Origin: an uncultured delta proteobacterium
GTDB lineage: Bacteria > Myxococcota_A > Polyangia > Fen-1088
Reading direction: 5' to 3'
Assembly: GCA_963796685.1 (NCBI GenBank)
Contig: CAWCMR010000025.1
Location: 1,888,001 to 1,952,000 of the forward strand
Length of the DNA: 64,000 bases
The notes beneath the pieces are model-generated. The model was not told the DNA's origin. It did no database searches and saw only the letters and a list, made by a program, of their open reading frames with translations. Position numbers and translations under genes: made by a program. This document shows positions 37,727 through 46,660 of the stretch, one piece after another (positions within the stretch are counted from its first letter, which is position 1; every line of letters begins with the position of its first letter).

Positions 37727-37748
37727 TGTCAGTCCCCTGTGCCACCCT
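37727..37748 (+). promoter_or_regulatory. Putative PafBC-type promoter site 1
   Basis: TGTCAG (37727-37732)-N10-CACCCT (37743-37748), 8 nt before in-frame GTG 37757. Confidence 0.6.
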
Positions 37749-37756
37749 CGGCGATT

Positions 37757-38080
37757 GTGACCCTCGAAGAGCTCCGCAAGAAATTCTGGTGGCTTGGGCC
37801 AAGCCCGAAGGACTCCTACATCGTGGCTCTGGAGGGAGACACTGTGACCATCAAGGTGATCCAGTGCACCTGGAATCGCCGCACGCAGAAGTACGAGGAG
37901 GCGGTGGCGGCAGACTTCCGCGCACTGGGTTTGCAGGTGGTGTGGCAGCCATTCTTTTCGGAGAAGCTGCGCGCCGAGATCGAGAAGGCGCGCGAAAAGG
38001 ACGGCGCCAACTTCGACGAGGGAAGGTTCCTGGACGAGCAGCGCGCGGCGGAGGTCCGACGGGAGGCACGTGAGCGATGA
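37757..38080 (+). CDS. Hypothetical protein (~107 aa)
   Basis: Protein-like composition (MTLEELRKKFWW...); sits behind the conserved motif and just before pafB-like gene. Confidence 0.65.
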   Translation: MTLEELRKKFWWLGPSPKDSYIVALEGDTVTIKVIQCTWNRRTQKYEEAVAADFRALGLQVVWQPFFSEKLRAEIEKAREKDGANFDEGRFLDEQRAAEVRREARER

Positions 38081-38110
38081 GCGTTGCGAGGCCGTCACCC
38101 CGCGCGCTGA

Positions 38111-38145
38111 TTGATGTCCACCCGCCAGACGCCTACAATGACGCT
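38111..38145 (+). promoter_or_regulatory. Sigma70-type leaderless promoter of the WYL pair
   Basis: TTGATG (38111-38116)-17 bp-TACAAT (38134-38139)-6 nt-ATG 38146. Confidence 0.6.
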
Positions 38146-39243
38146 ATGGCGAGCAGGAAGCTGTCATCGCGGGTGGCGAGCGAAGATCGTTCGCGACAAC
38201 CGCCCGACGAGCGGATCCTGTCCTTGCTCATGCTGTTGCTCGAGGCGAATCGGCCCGTGTCGCGCGCCGAGATATTCCAGCGCATCGACGCCTACCGCAA
38301 GGTAAAACCGGCCGCGGCCGAGCGCAAGTTCGAGCGCGACAAGAAGGACCTGCGCACCCTGGGCGTGCCCATCGAAGAGCACGAGGAAAAGGGCCAGGAT
38401 GCGGAGCACCTGTACTGCGTTCGCAGGCGCGAGTACGAGCTGCGGCCGGTGCAGCTCGACGACGAGGAGCGAGTGGCGCTGATCCTGGCGGCCGAGGCGT
38501 TGCGCGGCACCGAGGGTCTGGTCTACGGCGAGCTGGTCGACGATGCCCTGCGGAAGCTGTCCTTCGACAGCGGCCGATCCCACCACGCCTTCACGCCCGC
38601 CAACCTTGGAATCATGCTGCCCTCGCGCGAGCACGGCGCGCGGCTGCGGCGCACGATGGCGGCCCTGGTCACGGCCATCGAGGGCCGTAAGCGCGTGACT
38701 ATCACCTACCCTTCGCCCGGCGGCGAGGCGACCGTGCGCGAGGTCGACCCGTACGCGGTCGTCTACTCGGGCGGCAACTGGCAACTGGTCGGCCACTGTC
38801 ACCTGCGCGACAAGCCGCGCACCTTCCGCGTCGACCGCATCGTCAAGGTCAAGCTGGCGCCCAAACCCGGCACCCCCGACTTCCAGCGCCCCGAGAGCTG
38901 GAACCTGGCGACCTACGTGCAGCGCTCGCCCTGGGTCTTCCAGGCCGGCGACACCCAGGCCGCATTCGACGTGGTGCTGGACATCGGACCCGAGCGCGGC
39001 TGGATGGCCGACGAGGACTTCGGCCCCGGCTCGTCGCGCGAGCCGCTGGCCCAGGCCGTGACCGGCGAGGAGGGCTGGACGCGCGTTCGCTTCCGCTCGG
39101 GCAACAGTGGCTACATCATCACGCGCGTGCTGGACGCCGCCGGGCACCTGTTGGTCGTCGAGCCGCGCGAGCTGCGCGCGCGCATCCGCGACATCACAGC
39201 CAGCATCGCTGCCGCCAACCGGACGGCAGGGGGTGCGCCATGA
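38146..39243 (+). CDS. PafB-like HTH-WYL-WCX transcription factor
   Basis: ERILSLLMLLL..AERKFERDKKDLRTLGVPI resembles the PafB N-terminus; WYL core REVDPY..WQLVGHCHLR...RTFRVDRI; C-terminal VVEPRELRARI. Confidence 0.87.
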   Translation: MASRKLSSRVASEDRSRQPPDERILSLLMLLLEANRPVSRAEIFQRIDAYRKVKPAAAERKFERDKKDLRTLGVPIEEHEEKGQDAEHLYCVRRREYELRPVQLDDEERVALILAAEALRGTEGLVYGELVDDALRKLSFDSGRSHHAFTPANLGIMLPSREHGARLRRTMAALVTAIEGRKRVTITYPSPGGEATVREVDPYAVVYSGGNWQLVGHCHLRDKPRTFRVDRIVKVKLAPKPGTPDFQRPESWNLATYVQRSPWVFQAGDTQAAFDVVLDIGPERGWMADEDFGPGSSREPLAQAVTGEEGWTRVRFRSGNSGYIITRVLDAAGHLLVVEPRELRARIRDITASIAAANRTAGGAP

Positions 39244-40245
39244 AGAAGCAAGAGCAGCGGCTGCGGCGCGCCCTGTACCTGGTGCCCTACGTGACCAAGC
39301 ACGAAGGTGGTGTGCGGCTGTCCGAGCTGGCGGAGATCGTTGGCGCCAAACCGGCCGAGCTGGAGAAGGAAATACGGGCGCTGCTCTACGTCGGCGTGCC
39401 GCAGGGATGCGACCACGTGAACATCTTCATCGACGGAAAGGGCCCTCAGGCGGTGGTTTCGGCCTTGCCGTGCCGGCTCTTGAACCGGCCGCCACGCCTG
39501 ACCACGCAGGAAGCGCTGGCCCTGCTCATCGGCGCCGAGGCCGTGAAGGCCACCGGGATACGCACCTACGAGGAAGCCATCGCTCGCGCCGCGAAGAAGA
39601 TCCGCGCGGCGCTCGGGCAGAGCGACAACGGGCTGGCCGGCGGGGATGGCATCGTCCTGGCCATGCCCGCCGCCGGCAAACAGAATGCGCTCGCCACGCT
39701 CTCCCGCGCGTGCCGCGAGCACCGCACCGTTGAGATGGACTACGCCTCGCTCTCGAGCCAGCACCGGCGCCCCGTCCGGCTGGAACCGTACGGCTTGCTC
39801 AACCACACCGGCGCCTGGTACGTGCTCGGCCGCAGCCTGACCCACCAGGAAGACTGCATCTTCGTCTTCAAGGTCGAGCGCATCCTCGGCGTCACCGTCC
39901 TTCCCACGACCTTCACCGTGCCCAAGGACTTCGACGTCAACAAGTACCGCGGCGACCGTATGTTCATCAGCGACTGGAAGCCCGCCAAGGTCACGCTCCG
40001 CCTGCGCGGGCCGGCGGCAGCGCGCATGCAGGGCTGGTTCGGGAAAGTCGGAGAAGCAGCGAGACGGCAGCCTGGTGGTTCACTTCAAGGACCACATCAC
40101 CGGCTGGCTGGCGGCGTGGGTGCTACGGCAAGGGGAGGGTGTGGAGGTCGTGGAGCCGGTGGAGTTGCGGGCGTGGGTGGGGCGGCTGGCGAAGAGGGTG
40201 GGGGAGGGGCACACCCGCACGTCCCTTCCTTGCCAAAGTGCCTGA
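39240..40245 (+). CDS. PafC-like HTH-WYL-WCX transcription factor (one +1 frameshift at ~40050; ~334 aa repaired)
   Basis: RLRRALYLVPYV..LLYVGVP resembles the PafC N-terminus; LEPYGL..WYVLG..FKVERI; WCX tail WLAAWVLRQGEGVEVVEPVELR in the shifted frame, stop 40243-40245; ATGA overlap with the PafB-like gene. Confidence 0.83.
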
Positions 40246-42559
40246 GGAACTCCATGAGCACCCGCCGCTGTGCTCGGCTCGGCTCGTTGTTGGCGTTGGT
40301 CTTGGCCTCGACCAGCCGGTAGCCCCAGGGCGACGACTCGATCTGGATGGTCAATCCCCTGCCGGCGACCTCGCCGTGGTACAGGGCCGCCTTGCCGGTC
40401 AGCACATCGGGGATGCGGCTGGCGACGCAGTTGTGCATCTTGGCCCCCTCGGACAACATCTCCTCGAGCGTACGCAGGGGCATGATGACGTCGTCGCCCG
40501 ATCGCCATCCCGCGCAGGGCGGCTCGGGAAGCACCAGCTCCTTCCCGTCGGCATTGACGATCGGCTTGCCGATTGCCTGGGCGACGTCGGCCAGTTGCTG
40601 GAGTTGTGCCATCCGTTCGTGCCAGGCATCCACCGCCCCGATGTAGCGAGCAGGCGAGGTGCTCCGCCGTGGATAGTCATCCATGGCGACGGCGTAGTCG
40701 AGCATCTCCTGGATGCGCGATCGCACGGCGAAGCGTTTTCGCCAGCAAACCGCCAACGCGGCCGCATGGTGTGACACGAAGGTGGCGAAGTCTTCGCCGA
40801 GATCGGGGACGTCACAGCAGGGCGGTACCAGCGTGATGGTGTGGCCCTTCACCAAGCGGAACCAGCGCGCATTGGCCAGCTTCTTGGATGGGATGTCCTC
40901 GGGGGCAAAGCGTAGCGGGGGTGGCAGCCACAGCGTGTAGCTGGGCACGCCGGCGCCCGCTCGGCGGATGAGGAGGCGCTGGGCGCTCAGTATGGACCGC
41001 AGCTCGTGCGGGCTAGCGTCTACGAGGCGCCGCCAGAGCGGTCGCTGCCTCTCCGACAGGCGCGCGTCTTGTGCCAGCTTCGCAGCGCCAATGGCCCAAG
41101 CCGCAACGGCGTCATCGAGCGCATCGTTGAGCCCACGTCCGGCTACCACGTTTCGCAAGAGCTTCTCGCCAGCCGCTCTCGTGCCAGCGCGATGGCCGAG
41201 CGCCGACAGCGCGTAGGCGAAGGTCAGCGCGCCGGGACAGGTGTCTACGACCTGCGCCAGCCGACCGCTCTTGTCCTTGGCGAGCCTCGCGTATAGCCAC
41301 GGACGCATATGGTTCGGAAAGCGCAACGCGATCTTCCGTGCTGTAGGATCGAGCATGGCAGCGGCGCTGACCGCGGCTTGCCGAATGGCCGCGCGCACGG
41401 TGCGCATGGTTTCACCGAGGTTCCCCTGTCTGGCGTGTTTTCTGCCCCGCGCCCCGTGCGGATTGCGAGGGACCAGTGCGCAGAACACCCAGTAGCGAGC
41501 GGCGCGGAAGGGATCTTGATCCAACCGCGGCAGGCCAGCCGTCAGTGCCCAGCGCTCCGATGCCCATCCGGCCTGGCTGCGAACCTTCAGCGAGTAGCGC
41601 GGCTCGAGGCACAGGTCCAGCTCGAAGCGGGACGGCACGCGGCCCTGGTGGTCGGAACGGAGCTCGAGCAGCAGACGGTCCGGCCAGCGGCGCAGGCGCA
41701 TCTCGACCGAGCGGCAGTAGTAATGGAAGACGGCCGTCTTGATTTCGTCGGGCGGGCGCACGCCTGGGGCATCGGCCGGCCAGCGGCCTGGCGCCAGCGT
41801 CGCCCGCAGACGATAGCGGCAGCAAGGCACCAGCGCGCGCGCCGCCGCGATGTCCAGTCCGCGCCGGCCGAGGGACTCGCACAGCCGACGGACCATTGCG
41901 GGTTTCAGCGTGCCGCCCTGCGAATACGCGGCATGGACCAGTTGCTCGCCCAGGGCCTCGATGTCGACGGCGCTCTCCCAGGGGATGAACGTCAAGGCCA
42001 GGCTGGCCGCCTTCTCGACGGCGACGTCGTGCTCGCGCAGATGGCGCAGCAGGATCTCCCTACGCGTGTCGGCGCTCGGCGGCATGAGCTCGGCCATGAG
42101 GCCGTCCGGAAAAGATCGCGAGCAGAAACGCAGAAGCACGTTCCCCTGGCTGGCGTCCAGCGCCAACACCGTCAATCGGCCAGCCTCAGCCCGGTCGCAG
42201 AGCAGCCCCTTCAGCCGCTGCAGAGCTCGCCCTCCCAGGCCTGCCGGCTCGTCGAGAAGGAGCAGGTCGGGCTCGAGCTGGCCATCAAGGCTGTCCGCGA
42301 GGCGCAGGTCCGTGCCTGCCTTCAGAGGCACATTCATCGCGGGCGCCACCCGTAGGCACTCGGCCCGGATCGTGTCGAGCAACAGGGTCTTGCCAGCGCC
42401 CTGGACGCCACGAATCACCAGCGGGTTGAAGCGCGGTCGCCCCGACCGCGAGAGCATCTTCGCCGCCGACGCGGCAAAGTGATTCTCCGGCCCGATGACA
42501 AACCGGTCGAAGGTCAGTTGGACCGGTGCCGGAGCGACGAGCAGATCTGTGCCAGGCAT
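40097..42559 (-). CDS. DnaA/Hda-type AAA+ domain fused to an unknown region and a C-terminal PcfJ-like domain
   Basis: LTFDRFVIGPENHFA, FNPLVIRGVQGAGKTLLL, LLLLDE, GLMAELMPPSADTRREIL; C-terminal LRTLEEMLSEGAKMHNCV..LTIQI..VEAKTNAN..PS. Confidence 0.7.
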   Translation of the reverse strand: MPGTDLLVAPAPVQLTFDRFVIGPENHFAASAAKMLSRSGRPRFNPLVIRGVQGAGKTLLLDTIRAECLRVAPAMNVPLKAGTDLRLADSLDGQLEPDLLLLDEPAGLGGRALQRLKGLLCDRAEAGRLTVLALDASQGNVLLRFCSRSFPDGLMAELMPPSADTRREILLRHLREHDVAVEKAASLALTFIPWESAVDIEALGEQLVHAAYSQGGTLKPAMVRRLCESLGRRGLDIAAARALVPCCRYRLRATLAPGRWPADAPGVRPPDEIKTAVFHYYCRSVEMRLRRWPDRLLLELRSDHQGRVPSRFELDLCLEPRYSLKVRSQAGWASERWALTAGLPRLDQDPFRAARYWVFCALVPRNPHGARGRKHARQGNLGETMRTVRAAIRQAAVSAAAMLDPTARKIALRFPNHMRPWLYARLAKDKSGRLAQVVDTCPGALTFAYALSALGHRAGTRAAGEKLLRNVVAGRGLNDALDDAVAAWAIGAAKLAQDARLSERQRPLWRRLVDASPHELRSILSAQRLLIRRAGAGVPSYTLWLPPPLRFAPEDIPSKKLANARWFRLVKGHTITLVPPCCDVPDLGEDFATFVSHHAAALAVCWRKRFAVRSRIQEMLDYAVAMDDYPRRSTSPARYIGAVDAWHERMAQLQQLADVAQAIGKPIVNADGKELVLPEPPCAGWRSGDDVIMPLRTLEEMLSEGAKMHNCVASRIPDVLTGKAALYHGEVAGRGLTIQIESSPWGYRLVEAKTNANNEPSRAQRRVLMEFLRHFGKEGTCGCAPPPPSSPAAPPTPATPPAPRPPHPPLAVAPTPPASR

Positions 42560-42565
42560 GGGGAC

Positions 42566-42587
42566 AGAATGCGATGGGAGACTGACA
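42566..42587 (-). promoter_or_regulatory. Putative PafBC-type promoter site 2
   Basis: Minus strand TGTCAG (42587-42582)-N10-CATTCT (42571-42566)-6 nt-ATG 42559. Confidence 0.7.
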
Positions 42588-42613
42588 GGAATTTTCGGAG
42601 ATGCGGTCCACCT

Positions 42614-44789
42614 TCAAAACCCGATCCGCCCCCGCGAGGTCGCCTTCACCCGAACCTCGGCCTCGATCTCGGCCAGCAATAGCTCGGCCGACACGGGCCG
42701 CCCACGGCCCGTCAAGCGCCGCTTCACCGCTGCGAAGTCGCCGGGGGCCAGGTTGGGGATGCGGGCGAGCGTGGATTCCACTGACGGCGAAACCTCGCCC
42801 GTGTAGCCGAGGTCGGCAAGCCCGCGGCGAAACGCCAGCAGGCTCTGCTCGGGCTTCAGAAAGCCGAGCTCGATCTTGAAGACAAAGCGGCGCAGCGACG
42901 CCGGGTCGAGCTTGTCGAACAGGTTGGTCGTGCAGGCGACCACGCCGGGGAATGCCTCGAGCTGCTGCAGGAACTCGTTGACCGCGGTCACCTCCCAGGA
43001 TCGCTGCGCGCCGGTGCGATCTTGCAGGAACGAATCCGCCTCGTCGAACAGCAGAACTGCTTCATCCCGCAGCGCGGACTCGAAGGCCGATGCGATGTTG
43101 TGCTCGGTGCCGCCGACCCACATGCTCAGAATGTCCGACGCGCGTTGGACGTCGAGCGGTCGCCCCGCCCGGTGCGCAAGGTACCGAACCAGCTCGGACT
43201 TGCCAGTGCCGGGCGGACCGTAGAGACACAGGGACACGCCCGCACCGTCGCCAGGTTGCCAGGTTTGGACCCGCCGCTCGACCTCCAGGAGATCGGCATC
43301 GGTGTTGACCAACTCGGGCAGGTAGCCGCCGGCGCGGAAGACCGGCGGGGCCATCCTGCGGCCGTGCAGCACGCGCTCGGCCGGTTTCAGGATGGTTTCC
43401 AGCGTACCCCGATCGATCGCCCCGTGCGACACGAGGCGCGCGGCCGACACCGCGGCACCGATGTGCGCCGGGCTCAGCTCGAAACGCTGGGCCAGCAGGT
43501 CCACGTCATCCGCAGGCAGGGTCGTATCGCTGCCCAGATGCTTGCGCCATGCCCGCCGGCGCTGCCCGGCGGTGAACTTGCCGACCTCGATGACGTAGGC
43601 GAAGCGCCGCAGGAACGCGGGATCGATGTCGTCCACGCGATTCGAGATCCAGATGGTTGGCACCGGGTTGGTCTCGAGCAGCAAGTTGAACCACTGCTTG
43701 GACATCGTACGTTGCTTGCGAGCAGCGTCGTCCTCGTCGCCCGTCACGCCCGCAAAGGGATTTCCCTGGAAAAGATCCTCGAGCTCGTCGAAGAGCAACA
43801 ACGCACGACCGTGAGACAGCAGCTTGTTGCCGAGCAGCAATGAACGTAGCCGCTGCTGCGACGTCGGCGACTCACCGGTGGAAGTCTCGCGCCCGGCCAC
43901 CATCAGCGACACGTCGAGCTTCTCCGCCGAGCAGGCGCGCCAGCTCGGTCTTTCCCGTGCCGGTTGGACCGTACACCAGCACGTTCACCCCGGCCTGTCG
44001 TGCGTCGAGCGCCGCGCGCAGGAGATTGCGCGCCGTTGCGACCTCGTTTCGCAGATGTGCGAAATCATCGGCCTCGAGTGACGACGCAGGCGCTGCCGGC
44101 AAGAATCGGTCGACGAACGCGGCCCCGTCGAGGCCGGGCGTGAACACGACGCCCTCGAGCCGTCTGTCGGCCTGGACTCGGTCATCGAGGTCACCGTGCT
44201 CGTTGAGCTCGATGAGCCCACTCGTCACCAGGCGGCTCTTGCGGTCGAGGACTGCGCAGACCGCGTCGGGTTTCTCGCCGGTGGCCGCCGCGATGAGAAT
44301 GCCGGGGCTGCGAAGCCCCACGCATGGGATCGGGTCGAGCAACTCCTGCATGTCACGACGGTTGGCAGCGATCGCGAATTGCAGGACGACGGCCTCGACT
44401 TGGTCCAGCCCGAGCGTACTCGCGATGACCTGCAGGCAGGCGGCCGCTGGTGCGCGCGGGGAAGCGGGCTTGCGGATCTTCTGCCCCCTCCGTTGCAGAA
44501 GTGACTGCAGCGCGCTGACAACCGCCTCGTCCATTCGCTTCTTGTTCGCCAGGGCTCTCCGCTCCGACGGCGTGGCGTTCCGTCCCACCAGCATGCGCAT
44601 GAGGCTCCGCTGATTGTCGACCATCATCTCGACGTGCTCCGGTATCAGCAGCGCGCCGGATGCCGCCAGGTTGTAGGCGTAGTCGAGCACGGTGTCGGTG
44701 AACGGGTCGGTCGCAGGGTCGATGACGTGATATCCCCTGCCCCGCCTTGATTTCTTGCATTGGTTGCACACGGTTCTGTCTCCCTTCAC
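42614..44789 (-). CDS. Tandem AAA+ ATPase (~724 aa; one +1 frameshift at ~43928)
   Basis: Module 1 YGPTGTGKTE..LLLFDE..DPAFLRRF; module 2 YGPPGTGKSE..LLFDEADSF..LDPASLRRF; C-terminal RIGF. Confidence 0.85.
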
Positions 44790-44794
44790 CAGCC

Positions 44795-44816
44795 AGAATG
44801 GCGCGTGGGTCTGACA
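44795..44816 (-). promoter_or_regulatory. Putative PafBC-type promoter site 3
   Basis: Minus strand TGTCAG (44816-44811)-N10-CATTCT (44800-44795)-5 nt-GTG 44789. Confidence 0.7.
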
Positions 44817-44847
44817 TGATTTTTCCCTGCAGCACCAACGCAGGTCG

Positions 44848-44869
44848 TGTCAGACCCCTGTTCCATGAT
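44848..44869 (+). promoter_or_regulatory. Putative PafBC-type promoter site 4
   Basis: TGTCAG (44848-44853)-N10-CATGAT (44864-44869)-6 nt-ATG 44876. Confidence 0.7.
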
Positions 44870-44875
44870 CAGCGC

Positions 44876-45484
44876 ATGATCATCGAGAACGACTCCTGCG
44901 ACGGGTTCACGCCCCCAACCCAGAGCCGCCTCTCCGTGAAGCGCGGCGGCCACCTCGTCATCCGCAAGTGGAACATCCCCAAGCCCGTGGTTCTGGTCGA
45001 CACGCGCGAGCAGGCGCCCTGGCCCTTGCACGAGAACCACCCGAGCTGGATCGGCGGCGAGAAGCGCGTCGCCTTGCCCGCCGGCGACTACTCCATCGAG
45101 GGCATGCAGGACCTCCTAGCCATCGAGCGCAAGACCCTGCCCGACGTCGTTCGCAGCACCATCGGCAACCGGGCGCGCTTCCTGCGTTCGTGCGAGCGCC
45201 TGGCGAAGCTACGCTGGAAGGCGATCCTGATCGAGGCCACCTACGAGGAGATGAAGCTTCCGTACAGCGAGACCATCGGTCCCGAGACCCAGGCGCACCC
45301 GAACGCCGTGCTCGGCACGCTCGATGCCATCGAGGCCAGGCTCGGGATCCCGGTCATCTACACCTCGCAGATCGCCGACCTGGCCACCGAGCGCGCCGCG
45401 AGCTGGCTGTCCAAGCACTTCACCTACTGGTGGCTTGAGCAGCACGGCCATGGCCGCGTACTGGACGATGAGGATGGGCTGTAG
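44876..45484 (+). CDS. ERCC4/XPF-family nuclease domain protein
   Basis: VLVDTREQ, LPAGDYSI, AIERKTLPD (GD..ERKxxxD) signature. Confidence 0.85.
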   Translation: MIIENDSCDGFTPPTQSRLSVKRGGHLVIRKWNIPKPVVLVDTREQAPWPLHENHPSWIGGEKRVALPAGDYSIEGMQDLLAIERKTLPDVVRSTIGNRARFLRSCERLAKLRWKAILIEATYEEMKLPYSETIGPETQAHPNAVLGTLDAIEARLGIPVIYTSQIADLATERAASWLSKHFTYWWLEQHGHGRVLDDEDGL

Positions 45485-45487
45485 ACG

Positions 45488-46300
45488 ATGACGACAGAAT
45501 CGAGCACAGCTCCGAGGCAGCAGGTCACCCGCGACGTCAGCCTGACCTACGGACAGGTCCGCGAAGCTGTGACCACGCTGGCTCGCGAGGTCGACCGCGT
45601 GAAGCGCGACGCCGGCTTCACCGCCGTGCTCGATACCATGTCGAAGTTCTGGGAATACTCGCCCTTCAACGAGTACCTGATCCACCTGCAGTTCCCACGC
45701 GCAACCAGGGTCGCGAGCCGCAAGACCTGGGAGAGCGTCGGCCGCAAGGTCAAACCCGCTGAGCGCCCCATCCACATCTTCGCCCCGGTGGCCATGCAGC
45801 AGCCCTTCATCGCGGTGCCGGTCTACGACATCTCACAGACCTGCGGCCGACGGCTGCCATCGCTCGACCTAGCCCTGCGCGGGCCCACCGACGTCGCCAA
45901 CGGCCTCGAGCGTGCTGCCGCCAGGTTGGGCATTCGAGTCGCGCGTTTCAACGGCCCGCAAGGGTCGCAGGGCCACTCCGGTGGGGGCGTGATCTTCCTT
46001 CGCCGCCGGCTGCCCGGCCTGGAACGCGCCGCCACCATCGTGCACGAGCTGGCGCACGAGATCCTGCACGACATGCGTTCGCGTGGCGAGATGGTGCAGC
46101 GCCAGCCCGAAACCGAGGCCGAAGCCACCAGCTACGTGGTCCTGCGCGCCCTCGGCCTGCCCTCCAAAGCACCTGCGTACATCGCCTGGTATGGCGGCGA
46201 CGGCAAGCTCGTGCTCCAGTCACTGAAGCGAGTGCAGCGGGCGGCGAGGAGAATTCTGCGGGTGTACGAAATTCCCCGGTCACGTGAGCTAGCGGCGTAA
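45488..46300 (+). CDS. ArdC-like protein (ssDNA-binding N-terminus + zincin metallopeptidase)
   Basis: YSPFNEYLI..Q...ATRVAS..TW...GR.VK, VYDISQT.G; HELAHE..H and EAEATSYVV. Confidence 0.82.
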   Translation: MTTESSTAPRQQVTRDVSLTYGQVREAVTTLAREVDRVKRDAGFTAVLDTMSKFWEYSPFNEYLIHLQFPRATRVASRKTWESVGRKVKPAERPIHIFAPVAMQQPFIAVPVYDISQTCGRRLPSLDLALRGPTDVANGLERAAARLGIRVARFNGPQGSQGHSGGGVIFLRRRLPGLERAATIVHELAHEILHDMRSRGEMVQRQPETEAEATSYVVLRALGLPSKAPAYIAWYGGDGKLVLQSLKRVQRAARRILRVYEIPRSRELAA

Positions 46301-46308
46301 AATGAACT

Positions 46309-46584
46309 ATGGCCCGCACCACTAAGGCCCAAATCCTGGCGTTGCTCGGTGGTATCCAACGTCCCGGATTATATCGCTTGATTGCGTTCCTCGACTCATC
46401 GGACTTCTTCACCGCGCCGGCCTCGACCATGTTTCACGCCGCCTATCCCGGCGGACTAGCCCACCACTCCATCAGCACGCTGTTCACGCAGAAGGTGCCT
46501 CCCCGCTCATCCAAGCTTGGATCAGGGATCGTAGTGCCTGGTCTGGATCAGGATCTCAAATCGGAGACGGTGGCACCTGCGTGA
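46309..46584 (+). pseudogene. Truncated HD-domain (YhaM-like) hydrolase
   Basis: SDFFTAPAS..FH.AYPGGLAHHS N-terminal motif, then similarity ends (~46475) before the HD motif. Confidence 0.65.
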
Positions 46585-46660
46585 AGCCACGAGGCCAGGA
46601 GGGCCGGGGAACCAAGACAGCGCTCTCTAGCCGGGACGATCCGGAATCGGGCCCGGCAAT

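Noticed and set aside
40097-42559. Chromosomal dnaA / oriC region
   Set aside because: No domain IV, and no dnaN, recF or gyrB neighbours; no DnaA-box cluster noticed
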